This document shows, one piece after another, positions 37,008-46,607 of a DNA stretch of 64,000 bases. The stretch comes from Candidatus Binataceae bacterium. Lineage in GTDB: Bacteria > Desulfobacterota > Binatia > Binatales > Binataceae. The stretch lies in assembly GCA_030041155.1 (NCBI GenBank), contig JASHOJ010000142.1, positions 437 through 64,436 on the forward strand, in the 5' to 3' direction. Every line of letters starts with the position of its first letter. Positions within the stretch are counted from its first letter, which is position 1. The notes under the pieces are model-generated. The model made no database searches and was not told the origin of the DNA. It saw only the letters and a list, made by a program, of their open reading frames with translations. The position numbers were made by a program, and so were the translations under genes.

Positions 37008-39143
37008 CTATTTCGCTTGCCTGATAGCGACGTACGAGCGTTCGAAAATGTCCAAACGCTTGCTCAGGGTCGCCTCTGCATAGTCGTGCTTTCTAACTGT
37101 CCGAAGCTTCGAAATCGAGCGGCGGATCATCGACGCCGGAAGTGTAAACACCATGCGTTTATGTTCGTGCCATATCTCTCGAAGCCACGTCCGCTCCTTC
37201 TCGGTCATTCCTTCGCTTTCCGTTCGATAGACGATCAAACCGAAACGACCATAACTTTGGCCTAAATAGCTCAGCATCTGTCGAAAATCGTCGCGCCCGA
37301 TCTCGACAAAGTTCTTAACTTCCACAGTTAACTGTCGGGTGGCATAGTCCTCAAACACTCGGCGCCAAAAACCGCCTTGTGCCAAGTTCGTAGCAACTAT
37401 GTCGCGCTGCTGCACGTTTCCAGCGTTTGGCTTAAATTGGATGTTCGAAAGTTTGCCCGCGAAAAGGATCCTAAATGCCCGCAAAACCCAATCTTCGAAA
37501 CCTGAATATCCATCATGCCCTAAAGCTATCCGAGGCAGCTCCTCCAGTACTTGTCCGAGGCGCCTAGTCCGAATATCATGGAAGTGGGCTACCCGTTCCC
37601 GAGATTCGGGGTTAAGCCCAGGTTGTTCGAGCTCATCATCCGCGTCGATCACAATGCTATCTTGACCGATTTCCGCAGTCGCATTTAATGCGCGCCAGTA
37701 GCATGGATGAATCGCAATTATTGCGTCGCGTTCCATGTCCAGTAGGTTTGCAGACGCGCCGTCATGGCAGAAGTGGTAATGATCGCTACTAGCATCTTTA
37801 AGCCCGACGAAACCTACGCTGTACAAAGCAACAAAGGCCTCTTGGGCTGAGCCAAACAGTGCAAAATCTGCTGCTGGCTGAGATCCATATCGTTCGCTTT
37901 TGATCGCATTATCAAGCAGCTCCAAAACGAGATGGTATTGATTTAAAGCAGGTTGATTTTCAAAGACTCGGACGAACAATCCAAGACCAGGAAAGACCGT
38001 GTCGTATTCTTTGAGGAGATCGTCGAGCCGGTCGGAAGAGATGCGGTGGCTGGTCGAGACGATATCATCATCGATGATCTCGTGGCGCCCTTGACGCACG
38101 GCCAGCACGTAAGAACTGTTCAACAGCACCAGTAAATCGCGCGGTCGATACAAGGTGTGTTTCAGGCAAAGTTCGAAACCTGTTCGGTCCTGCAAACCGC
38201 GGTCCGCAAAGCGATTCCATACTTTAACATCGCTCTCGACATCGCGCAGATCGTCGAACGCGGCGCGTAGCCTATTGGCTATCAAGTGTAGTAGGGACAG
38301 CTCATCCCAATTTAGTCGAAGAGTCGTACCTTCTATGTGCCTTGAAAAGTCCCGGTCGAAATGTGCCAGCGCTCTGAACATGTTGTCGCGAATGAAAAGC
38401 ACGCCATGGATTCCAACCTTAGAATCTGCGAAATCGGCGACAGCCGCAGCCAATCCGCCCAAGATTGCGGTAGCGGCTTCATCGGGAACCCAACCTTCGT
38501 CTAAACCATCCCACAAGATGATGCCCGAGTGACCAGTTGCCGTGAGCATCGCACGTACATTGTCCTCCAACCAATTAACGCGTAGCTCGGAAGCTATCTT
38601 ACCAGGTATATCATGGGGCGATTGCTTGCTCTGGGCTTTTAGTATAGCGGTGCAACGCTGCGCGCCCGCGGAGGTGGCTAGCAGTGAGTGAGCCTCCTTA
38701 TACATCTGAATGTAGGAATGTTCAGACACTCGCGGAAGCTTATAATGACGAGTCGCCTCAAAGATACTTAGAAGTATATCTATCTTCCAAGCGAGACGGA
38801 GAATGGCGCGGCCGGATCGATAATCCGCATGAACCTCTTGCAGAGCTGTTTGTAAGGCAAGCGTCTCGTGCTCTTTAGGTGTAGAAGCGACTAGAAAGTT
38901 ACCTTGATTATGCTGACCGAAATACTCTGCTGTCTTCTGAAAGAGAGCGCTCTTTCCTGTTCCTCTACGTCCGACGACGCAATTGAAATCCCGAGTATAC
39001 ATCAGCGCTCTGTAATCAGCGGTTTCCACGAACGCCTTCGCTAGCATTACCGAATCCGCTTCTGCACGCCCTGCTCCTAGAACGTTACCAACTAGGTCCT
39101 TAGAGCTCCGCGTCATCACGTGTTGAGCCGTAACTTTAGCCAT
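37008..39143 (-). CDS. P-loop NTPase fused to C-terminal PD-(D/E)xK nuclease-like domain; candidate stand-alone defence protein
   Basis: 711-aa ORF. Walker A GRRGTGKS (aa 58-65) and Walker B GIILWDGLDE (aa 207-216). C-terminal region has GHDGYSGFEDWV ... QQRDIVATN ... LTVEVKNF ... FRQML, consistent with an E...D...ExK restriction-endonuclease-like core. Lower GC than flanks. Confidence 0.6.
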   Translation of the reverse strand: MAKVTAQHVMTRSSKDLVGNVLGAGRAEADSVMLAKAFVETADYRALMYTRDFNCVVGRRGTGKSALFQKTAEYFGQHNQGNFLVASTPKEHETLALQTALQEVHADYRSGRAILRLAWKIDILLSIFEATRHYKLPRVSEHSYIQMYKEAHSLLATSAGAQRCTAILKAQSKQSPHDIPGKIASELRVNWLEDNVRAMLTATGHSGIILWDGLDEGWVPDEAATAILGGLAAAVADFADSKVGIHGVLFIRDNMFRALAHFDRDFSRHIEGTTLRLNWDELSLLHLIANRLRAAFDDLRDVESDVKVWNRFADRGLQDRTGFELCLKHTLYRPRDLLVLLNSSYVLAVRQGRHEIIDDDIVSTSHRISSDRLDDLLKEYDTVFPGLGLFVRVFENQPALNQYHLVLELLDNAIKSERYGSQPAADFALFGSAQEAFVALYSVGFVGLKDASSDHYHFCHDGASANLLDMERDAIIAIHPCYWRALNATAEIGQDSIVIDADDELEQPGLNPESRERVAHFHDIRTRRLGQVLEELPRIALGHDGYSGFEDWVLRAFRILFAGKLSNIQFKPNAGNVQQRDIVATNLAQGGFWRRVFEDYATRQLTVEVKNFVEIGRDDFRQMLSYLGQSYGRFGLIVYRTESEGMTEKERTWLREIWHEHKRMVFTLPASMIRRSISKLRTVRKHDYAEATLSKRLDIFERSYVAIRQAK

Positions 39144-39923
39144 GGTCTTCTCGATGAATCAGCTGGCGAGTGAAAGTCGGTAGGACGCGCGAAGCACAAG
39201 GTCGCCAAATCGATCGCGCTCGGTCGCGGGTGCGTCTAAGATCGCCTCGGGGTATCGACAGGACTGGGTTACGTGCTGCTGCCACAATGACGCGATTTAC
39301 TCGCACCCGCGCGGAGAGTTGCGGAAAAGGCATCTTTGCTTTTCGATAAGCCCGAGTTCCCAATCGTAAGATTTGACTGCGTGGAAGATTACCACGGGCG
39401 TCGGCTCGCTGAAGAGCGAGTTGATGATCACTTCGCACTGTTCTATCCGATTTCGCCCCCTCCATGTTCCACCACGCAAATGAACTATCGGATTTGCGCC
39501 CGCGATCGCATTCTGGTCACGCGACGCTTCGCAACCTAATCCTCGCGCCGCGCGCCGGTTGTGAACTACCAACGATCCGCGAGTTGACCAAAATTCTGAC
39601 CCTTGGTCTTCGTCGCGAGGCTTTGCAATGGGTCTTCTTGCCGTTCAGCATCACCAGCCTAACCGCTGTCCAAATGATTAAGCATCGGTATAACGCGATG
39701 CAGCCAGAACGAAAGAATTGACGCCCGTTGATAGAAACAACAACGCCCCGCGATGTCACTCGCGCATCTTCGACCAAGGCTGCGCGCTTCGAATCGGCCC
39801 GCTTACCTTTGGTCGGTAGCTTTCGAATGTTCCACTAGCTCATCAACTGCGTGTGCCGCTCCGCATCAGGTCCTTGCATCCCCGTGCCTCCGTCTTGGTT
39901 AGGAGCGCTGCATCATTTTCCGT

Positions 39924-40784
39924 TTACGCGGGTTCTTGAATGACTCGGTTCTCGAGCCGCCCGATCTTTTCGATCTCGATTCGGACCGTATCGCCCGCGA
40001 CCAGCCATTTTGGCGGCTTCATGGCCGCCGCAACTCCGCCTGGGGTGCCGGTTGAGACTATTGTGCCCGGCAGCAGAGTAAAGACGGTCGAAAGCGTTTC
40101 GATCTGTTCATAGCAGTTGAACACCAGGTTGCGCGTATTCGAATGCTGCCGCATCTCGCCGTTTACGAAGGTCTTGAGCTCCAGCGCGTGCGGATCACCG
40201 ATCTCATCGGCGGTGACAATCCATGGTCCGGTCGGACCGTGGGTATCGAACGATTTGCCGAGCGTCATCGTCGGCGCGCGGCGCTGCCAATCGCGAACGC
40301 TCACGTCATTGACGATCAGGTAGCCCGCAATCACCTCACGCGCTCGATCGCGCGGCACATGGCGGCACTTTCGCCCGATTACGAAGCCCAGCTCACCCTC
40401 ATAATCCAGCGCAGAGGAGACGCGGGGCAGATGAATTGGCGAATCGGGTCCGGTTACGCAGCTTGACTGCTTGTTGAAGAACATCGGAAACGCCGGCTTG
40501 GTCATGCCGGTCTCCGCGATATGGTCGGCGTAGTTGAGTCCGATTGCTAGAAACTCGGGCGGGCGCAGGATCGGAGCCTCGAGCTTTACCTCGACAAGCG
40601 GTATTCGCGCACCCGCTTGCCCGAGCGCCTTGCGCACCCGGTCCATCGCGCCTGCTCCGGCTGCTAAAAGCGCGGTCATTTCACGCGGAAGCTCGGGCGC
40701 CGCCGCCGCGAGATCCACCACCGCGTCATCAGCAACAACGCCGATTCCCGTCCTGCCCTGATAGGTGAATGTGACCAGTTTCAT
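39924..40784 (-). CDS. fumarylacetoacetate hydrolase (FAH) family protein
   Basis: MKLVTFTYQGRTGIGVV... plus the C-terminal FAH fold (GTPGGV...). ATG 40784 with GGAGG upstream. Track extension rejected. Confidence 0.85.
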   Translation of the reverse strand: MKLVTFTYQGRTGIGVVADDAVVDLAAAAPELPREMTALLAAGAGAMDRVRKALGQAGARIPLVEVKLEAPILRPPEFLAIGLNYADHIAETGMTKPAFPMFFNKQSSCVTGPDSPIHLPRVSSALDYEGELGFVIGRKCRHVPRDRAREVIAGYLIVNDVSVRDWQRRAPTMTLGKSFDTHGPTGPWIVTADEIGDPHALELKTFVNGEMRQHSNTRNLVFNCYEQIETLSTVFTLLPGTIVSTGTPGGVAAAMKPPKWLVAGDTVRIEIEKIGRLENRVIQEPA

Positions 40785-40812
40785 CGCGGCTTCCTCCGGC
40801 ACCGCGCGCCGC

Positions 40813-41670
40813 TTATGGCGCGAACTTGAACGAGCTGCCGTGTTTGGTGATCTTGCCCGCCGATGGAGTGCCGAAATGGGTGCCGAACACCAGCACTCCG
40901 GTATCGGCGTAGCGCTCGCAGAAGGCGCGGCGGGTTTTCTTTGCCTGCGCGCCGTCGGAATCGAACTGATCATCCCATTCGGGGAACATGCATTGAATCG
41001 GATGATGCATCAGGTCGCCGGTGATGACAGCCTCCTGCCCCTTGGATGAAATCCGGACGCTATGATGCCCCGGAGTATGGCCGGGCGTCGGTTCAAGCCA
41101 AATTTCGTCGGTGATCTTGTGCGTCGAATCAATCAGTTGTGCATGCCCGGAGTCGACAATCGGGCGCACCGAATCCTCCACCGGATCGCGCATATCGGCG
41201 CCATCGAAGTGCGACCAGTAATCCCATTCGGTCCCGCCGATCAGGTATTTCGCGTTGCTGAAAGTCGGAACCCACTTATTGTTTTCAAGCGTGGTGTTCC
41301 ACCCGACGTGATCGACATGCAGATGAGTGCAGACCACGTTGTCGATTTTGTCGCGCGTGTAGCCCGCCTTCTTCAGATCGTCCAGGAATGGGAGCTTGAG
41401 CTTGCTCCACGCGGGATTCGAGCGAACCTTATCGTTGCCGATACAGGTATCCACCACGATCCGCTTGCCGCGCGACTCCAACACCAGCGCATGGATGCTC
41501 ATGACGAGCTTGCCCTTGGCGTCCATGAAATGCGGCTGAAGCCAATCCGCGTACTTGAGCATATTCTCAGGCGTCGCGTTGGGCAGAATAAAGGTGCCGG
41601 GCCATGGCGCCTCGCTCTCGATGATGCGGGTGATCTTGACGTCTCCGATCTGCCATGAGTTCATCGTCAT
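40813..41670 (-). CDS. MBL-fold metallo-hydrolase (AHL-lactonase-like)
   Basis: CTHLHVDHVGWN (HxHxDH) and a later TPGHTPGHH metal-ligand block. Confidence 0.8.
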   Translation of the reverse strand: MTMNSWQIGDVKITRIIESEAPWPGTFILPNATPENMLKYADWLQPHFMDAKGKLVMSIHALVLESRGKRIVVDTCIGNDKVRSNPAWSKLKLPFLDDLKKAGYTRDKIDNVVCTHLHVDHVGWNTTLENNKWVPTFSNAKYLIGGTEWDYWSHFDGADMRDPVEDSVRPIVDSGHAQLIDSTHKITDEIWLEPTPGHTPGHHSVRISSKGQEAVITGDLMHHPIQCMFPEWDDQFDSDGAQAKKTRRAFCERYADTGVLVFGTHFGTPSAGKITKHGSSFKFAP

Positions 41671-41892
41671 GAGCCTCCGTTCTTGCGCCGAACTCTAACT
41701 CCATTTGCTCCGAAAGCGCAAAGAACCCGCGCGCCGCTGACAAACACGAAATTTATTCGCGTACGCGCGCGCGATCACGGGGTCGATCACTTTCATTCCA
41801 GCCCTGCTATTGACACTGTGTCGGTAATGATTTACTTGAGGGTCAAGCTGCCAAGCGGCACGATTTCGTTGTGGAGTGAAATCTTCTGAAAC

Positions 41893-42317
41893 CTCCCCGC
41901 TTTGAATACGCGCGGCCCGACTCAGTGGAAGATGCGCTCAGGCTGATAGCGGATGGCGCCGGGCGGGCGAAAATTCTTGCCGGCGGCCAGAGCCTGATTC
42001 CGATGCTGAATCTGCGCCTTTTCGCTCCCGCCGCGGTGGTCGATATCAACCGCCTCAAGGAACTTTCATACATCCGAATCGAGGGTGCGGAGGTAAAAAT
42101 CGGCGCGATGACGCGACATCGCGCGATCGAAGATTCGGCCGAGCTGCGCGGCGCGCTGCCGATTCTGCCGGCGCGATCGCAAACGCAGTCGCGGACGCGC
42201 TTGCGCCCTTTGGCGCAGCCGTTAATGAGATACCGCTAACGCCCGAGCGAGTAATCGCGCTAATTGAACGATCGCGACTGCAATCCGGCGCTTCACCCAG
42301 TCGGTCGCTGCGTTAGC
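41893..42317 (+). pseudogene. remnant of CO-dehydrogenase/xanthine-dehydrogenase family operon: N-terminus of FAD-binding medium subunit joined out-of-frame to C-terminal tail of molybdopterin large subunit
   Basis: (L)KPPRFEYARPDSVEDALRLIADGAGRAKILAGGQSLIPMLNLRLFAPAAVVDINRLKELSYIRIEGAEVKIGAMTRHRAIEDS matches the CoxM/XdhA N-terminus but begins with CTG and runs into nonsense. Another frame gives AIANAVADALAPFGAAVNEIPLTPERVIALIE, the conserved extreme C-terminus of CoxL/XdhB-type large subunits. Confidence 0.6.
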
Positions 42318-42330
42318 TGGAGGTCTCAGC

Positions 42331-42819
42331 ATGGCAATTACGGGCCTGGAAGGTACCGAGGCGGACCGCAAGGAAATACTCCGTCTCCACAATCAATGGA
42401 TGCGGGCAAATGTGCATTTGGATATCGCGGCGGCGACTGGAGTGTTCGTCGGCGGAAGCGGATTTCACGGCTTCAATCTGAACGGCCACACCTACGGAAA
42501 ACACGACGAATGGATGAAGCTATGGGACTTTCTCCACGGCGTCATGGATATCGTCGACTTGCGCGAGGAGACAGATCTGCGGCTGAGCATCGATCGCGAC
42601 ATGGCATTTCTGACCTTCGAAGCGACGATTGCGCTGGAGAATGCGTCCGCCGCCGCATCTGGGATGTCGCTGCCGGCTACTGCGGTGCCGATGAGGTTTC
42701 GCGGCACTGAAATTTTCATCCGGCGCGACGAGAACGGCGCCAGAAACTGGAAGATGTGGCATTGTCATTACTCGCCCCACGCACCCGCCGGCGAGCCGCG
42801 TCCCGGCTTCGGAGATTGA
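42331..42819 (+). CDS. NTF2-like (SnoaL/ketosteroid-isomerase-like) family protein
   Basis: 162 aa with an alpha+beta cone-like pattern and a conserved ...ILRLHNQWMRAN... start. Weak family call. Confidence 0.55.
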   Translation: MAITGLEGTEADRKEILRLHNQWMRANVHLDIAAATGVFVGGSGFHGFNLNGHTYGKHDEWMKLWDFLHGVMDIVDLREETDLRLSIDRDMAFLTFEATIALENASAAASGMSLPATAVPMRFRGTEIFIRRDENGARNWKMWHCHYSPHAPAGEPRPGFGD

Positions 42820-42826
42820 CGCGAAA

Positions 42827-43840
42827 ATGCGCAAGGTAAGGCAATTCGGCGTCGGATTTGAAAATCTGCACGCGCGCGAATCGGTTCGGCTCGCCACGCT
42901 CGCGGAGGAAATGGGCTTCGGCACTTGGTGGGTGCCGGAGGACTATTTCTATCGCGGAGCATTCAGCCTTGCGGCCGCGGCGGCAGGCGCAACTTCGCGG
43001 ATCCGGATTGGGATTGGCGTCGTTAACCCCTTCACCCGCCATCCGGCGGCTACCGCGATGGAATTTGGCGCGCTCGACGAGCTTGCCGGCGGCCGCGCGA
43101 TTCTCGGGATGGGCGCGGGGCTGAAAGATTGGATGGAGGGGCGGCTTAAGATTCCATACACGCGACCGGGCACTGCGATGCGCGAGGCGGTCGCGATAAT
43201 TCGCGCGATGCTGCGCCGGGAAACCGTGTCTCATCAGGGACGCGTATTCGCAACCGATGCGGTGCGGCTCAGCTTCACGCCAGAGCGCATCGAGATTCCG
43301 ATTCATCTGGGAGTGCTCGGACCCAGAAACCTGAAGCTCGCGGGTGAAATTGCGGATGGTCTGCTGCTTAGCGTCGCGACTTCCGCGCCATACCTCGAAA
43401 TGGCTACGCGGCAGGTGAGCGAAGGACTCAAGGCGGCGGGGCGCGGTGGTGAAGCATTCGAAATCGGCGGGTATCAGATTCTCTCGATCTCAGAAAACGA
43501 ACGCGAAGCCAGAGATCGCGTGAAGCCGCTCCTGGCCGCTCTTATCGGCGTGATGGCACCTGAGCCAGAGACCCCGATCTTCGCGACCGCGGGCCTGCCG
43601 CCGGATACGATTCGCGCCTTTGGCGCTCGTCTTGCCCGCGGCGAGACCGCTTCCGACATGGTGAGCGACTGGATGATCGACACGTTCGCGATCGCGGGCA
43701 GTCCGGCGCGATGCCGCGAGAATCTTGCGCGGCTGGTGGAGGCGGGACTCGACTGCCCGGTGTTCTTCGAGCTGCCCGGCTATCCGCCCGAGCAGCTAAT
43801 CAGAGATATCCACGTGCATTTGATGCCCCATTTTCTGTAA
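42827..43840 (+). CDS. LLM class (luciferase-like) flavin/F420-dependent oxidoreductase
   Basis: FGVGFENLHARESVRLATLAEEMGFGTWWVPEDYF ... GAGLKDWMEG is typical of the LLM family. Confidence 0.85.
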   Translation: MRKVRQFGVGFENLHARESVRLATLAEEMGFGTWWVPEDYFYRGAFSLAAAAAGATSRIRIGIGVVNPFTRHPAATAMEFGALDELAGGRAILGMGAGLKDWMEGRLKIPYTRPGTAMREAVAIIRAMLRRETVSHQGRVFATDAVRLSFTPERIEIPIHLGVLGPRNLKLAGEIADGLLLSVATSAPYLEMATRQVSEGLKAAGRGGEAFEIGGYQILSISENEREARDRVKPLLAALIGVMAPEPETPIFATAGLPPDTIRAFGARLARGETASDMVSDWMIDTFAIAGSPARCRENLARLVEAGLDCPVFFELPGYPPEQLIRDIHVHLMPHFL

Positions 43841-43866
43841 TTAAGGAATCGCGAGGTGTTGCGATC

Positions 43867-45366
43867 ATGCCGATACAGCCGCCCAGCGAAAATGAACTGC
43901 GCGAAATCGCGCGCGCCCATCAAATGGAGCTGACCGCCGATGAGGTAAAGTCGCTCGGCACCTCGGTCAGCGCGCAACTCCGCGTATTCGAAAAAATCGA
44001 AGCAGGGCGCCCTGAGGCGCGGGGCTCGGTGATGCGCTATCCGACGCGGCAAGACCTCGGGCGTCCCGACCGCAAGGACGATCCTCTCAACGCAATAGTC
44101 CGCCGATGCCTGGTTACCGGCGCGCCATCCGGCAAGCTCAAGGGTAAGCGTATAGGACTGAAGGATAGCGTGTGTGTCGCCGGTATCCAGGTAAGCGGCG
44201 GGTCGCATGTGCTGCAGGGATACACGGCGGACCAGGATGCCACCATCGTTGAGCGGATGCTCGACGCGGGTGCGCAGATTGTCGCGATGCTGAACATGGA
44301 CGACTTCGCGCTGTCGGGCGATGGCCGCACCAGCGCGTATGGCCCCGTGCTGAATCCGCACCGGCAGGAATACTGCACCGGGGGCTCATCATGCGGTTCC
44401 GGAGCCTCCCTCTATTACGACTCGATAGACATCACGATCGGAACCGACCAGGGCGGCTCGATTCGCATCCCCTCATCGTGGTGCGGCGTGGTCGGACTCA
44501 AGCCGAGCTATGGGCTGGTGCCATACACCGGCGTGATGAGTATCGACCCGTCGCTCGATCACGTGGGACCGATGGCGCGGAGCGTAAGCGACGTGGCGCT
44601 TGCGATGGACGTAATTGCCGGAAGAGATCCGCTCGATCAGCGCCAGCTTCACGACCTGCCGAAGATTGAATACACGCGGAATCTCGCGGCGGGAACCAAG
44701 GGCAAGCGGCTTGCGATCGTGCGCGAGGGATTTTCCCAGCCCGGCGGCGAAGACGACGTAAACGACGCGGTCAAAAGTGCGGTCGCGACGCTGGAGAAGG
44801 TTGGCGCGCGCGCCGAAGAAGTCTCGATCCCCGAGCATACCGGCGCATCTGACCTGCTGTTCGCGATCATTCCCGAGGGGATGATGCGGCTGATGCAGAC
44901 CGGCCTCGTCAGCACCCATCATGGCGGCCTTTATAATCCGTCGCTGGCGGAGTTTTACGGCAATCATTATCCCGCGCGCGCCAACCAGGAGGCATCGACC
45001 GTCAAGTTCATGGCGGTGCTTGGCGAGTTCGCCGCGCGCCGCTTCCATGGCCAGCTTTACGCGAAGGCGCAAAATGCGCGCGCCGCGTTGCGCGCCAAAT
45101 ACGACGACGTGCTCAAGCGATTTGACGCGCTGGTGATGCCGACCACACCGATGAAGCCGTTTCGCATCGATGCGCAGGCGCCATACTCGATGATCACCAA
45201 TACCGCGCCTTTCAACATGACCGGCCATCCGGGCCTGAGCGTTCCCTGCGCGCTGTCCGGTGGATTGCCAGTTGGCATGATGCTCATCGGCCGCCATCTC
45301 GACGATGCGACGCTGCTGCAAGTCGGCTACGCGTTTGAGCAGAGCGGCGATTGGCGCAAGCGCTGA
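43867..45366 (+). CDS. amidase (amidase-signature family)
   Basis: GGSSCGSGASL (GGSS[GS]G) motif with a Ser-cisSer-Lys triad context. Trimmed to ATG 43867. Confidence 0.85.
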   Translation: MPIQPPSENELREIARAHQMELTADEVKSLGTSVSAQLRVFEKIEAGRPEARGSVMRYPTRQDLGRPDRKDDPLNAIVRRCLVTGAPSGKLKGKRIGLKDSVCVAGIQVSGGSHVLQGYTADQDATIVERMLDAGAQIVAMLNMDDFALSGDGRTSAYGPVLNPHRQEYCTGGSSCGSGASLYYDSIDITIGTDQGGSIRIPSSWCGVVGLKPSYGLVPYTGVMSIDPSLDHVGPMARSVSDVALAMDVIAGRDPLDQRQLHDLPKIEYTRNLAAGTKGKRLAIVREGFSQPGGEDDVNDAVKSAVATLEKVGARAEEVSIPEHTGASDLLFAIIPEGMMRLMQTGLVSTHHGGLYNPSLAEFYGNHYPARANQEASTVKFMAVLGEFAARRFHGQLYAKAQNARAALRAKYDDVLKRFDALVMPTTPMKPFRIDAQAPYSMITNTAPFNMTGHPGLSVPCALSGGLPVGMMLIGRHLDDATLLQVGYAFEQSGDWRKR

Positions 45367-45370
45367 GGCG

Positions 45371-46552
45371 CTAGCAGCACATCCGATCGACGACTTTCAG
45401 AATCAGCGCGATTCCGCGTTCGAAGTTGTCGCGGCGGATACATTCGTTCGGCTGATGCGCCTGGTCCATGTCGCCGGGACCGCAGATGATCGAGGTGACA
45501 CCCGACTGCGAGAACCATCCGCCATCCGTGCCGAACAGTACGCCTCCCGAGTCGCGCTCCCCGGTCGCTTCGAGCAGCGCGGCTTCAAGCGGTGTCGCGC
45601 GCGGCGAATTGAGCGGCGGCACCACCATCGGCTCGCTCAGCTCAATCGAGGCGGCGGTGCTGTGCGATGCGTAATCGTGGCGATCCAGAGCGCGGATGCG
45701 CAGCTTTGCCTCGCGATACAGTTCCAGCGGATCCACGTTCGGCATCGAGCGGTAGCTGATTCGCAACACGCACTCTTCCGCGATCATGTTTAGCGCGATT
45801 CCACCCGTGACGGCGCCGAAGTTGAGCACGTCGTATGGCGCTTCGGGAAAGATGCGCCCGAACTCCGCGCTGGCTGAGTTGCGTCTCTCCTCCTGCAACC
45901 GCCCCAGAGCCTCGATTACGCGGCCCATCACCGCGATCGCGTTCACTCCCGCGGCGGGCGCGCCGCTGTGGCCGCCGCGCCCGCGCACTGTCACATCGAA
46001 CAGCACGATGCTCTTGTGGGCATGACTTAGTCGCCAGGAAGTCGGCTCGCCAATCCATGCGAATTCCGGCACCGGAACATCGCCAAGAAGTTCGCGCAGC
46101 GCCGGCGCCAGCGCCTTTGCGCCCAAGCATCCGACCTCTTCGTTGGCGGTGAACAGGAACACCAGCGGACGCTTCAGGCGCTCGTAATCAAGCTGCCCGG
46201 CCGCATCGAGACACTCGGCGATAAAGCCCTTCATGTCGGTCGTGCCGCGGCCGAAGATACGATCGCCGTCGCGGGTGAGCGCAAGCGGATCGCGGGTCCA
46301 TCCCGGCTGGCCCTCGAACGGTACGGTATCAACGTGGCCCGACATTATGAGCCCGCCGGAAGTTGGCGGCCCGATCCACGCCGCCAGATTTGCCTGCCGG
46401 ATCCCGTCAATCTCGATTTCTTGCAGAGAGGTTTTGAAGTGATGAGCGCGAAGCTCGGCGGAAAGGTACTCGATTGCCGGAAGATTGCTGTGCGAGCTTA
46501 CCGTATCGAATGAAACGAGCCGCTGGACTACGGAATACAGATAATCGGTCAT
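45371..46552 (-). CDS. M20 family metallopeptidase (ArgE/DapE-like acetylornithine deacetylase / succinyl-DAP desuccinylase)
   Basis: SGHVDTVP...GRGTTDMKG metal-binding blocks. Confidence 0.8.
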   Translation of the reverse strand: MTDYLYSVVQRLVSFDTVSSHSNLPAIEYLSAELRAHHFKTSLQEIEIDGIRQANLAAWIGPPTSGGLIMSGHVDTVPFEGQPGWTRDPLALTRDGDRIFGRGTTDMKGFIAECLDAAGQLDYERLKRPLVFLFTANEEVGCLGAKALAPALRELLGDVPVPEFAWIGEPTSWRLSHAHKSIVLFDVTVRGRGGHSGAPAAGVNAIAVMGRVIEALGRLQEERRNSASAEFGRIFPEAPYDVLNFGAVTGGIALNMIAEECVLRISYRSMPNVDPLELYREAKLRIRALDRHDYASHSTAASIELSEPMVVPPLNSPRATPLEAALLEATGERDSGGVLFGTDGGWFSQSGVTSIICGPGDMDQAHQPNECIRRDNFERGIALILKVVDRMCC

Positions 46553-46607
46553 TGCAGGTCCGATTCGCGCGGCCCTGGTAGTTACGAGCGGCCGCCGACC
46601 GAGCCTA

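Larger units (their letters stand above)
36409..39923. other. putative horizontally acquired lower-GC island (rhodanese-TGA, NTPase-nuclease gene, ~780 bp decayed non-coding DNA)
   Basis: Base composition visibly shifts to more A/T from just after the OPT gene start to the FAH gene stop. Gene content is non-housekeeping. No integrase or tRNA recognised. Confidence 0.45.

Noticed and set aside
39136-39777. Short ORFs (86-109 aa) on both strands in the island's decayed segment
   Set aside because: Mutually overlapping, with no RBS and no protein-like composition or motifs. Treated as non-coding/decayed DNA (see finding).
39781-39825. Possible tRNA fragment / att site (TTCGAAT-containing sequences)
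   Set aside because: The TTCGAAT loops are not flanked by complementary T-stems and no acceptor or anticodon arms can be built. No intact tRNA gene was found anywhere in the window.
44473-45321. 282-aa minus-strand ORF inside the amidase gene
   Set aside because: Antisense of a gene with a GGSSCGSG amidase signature.
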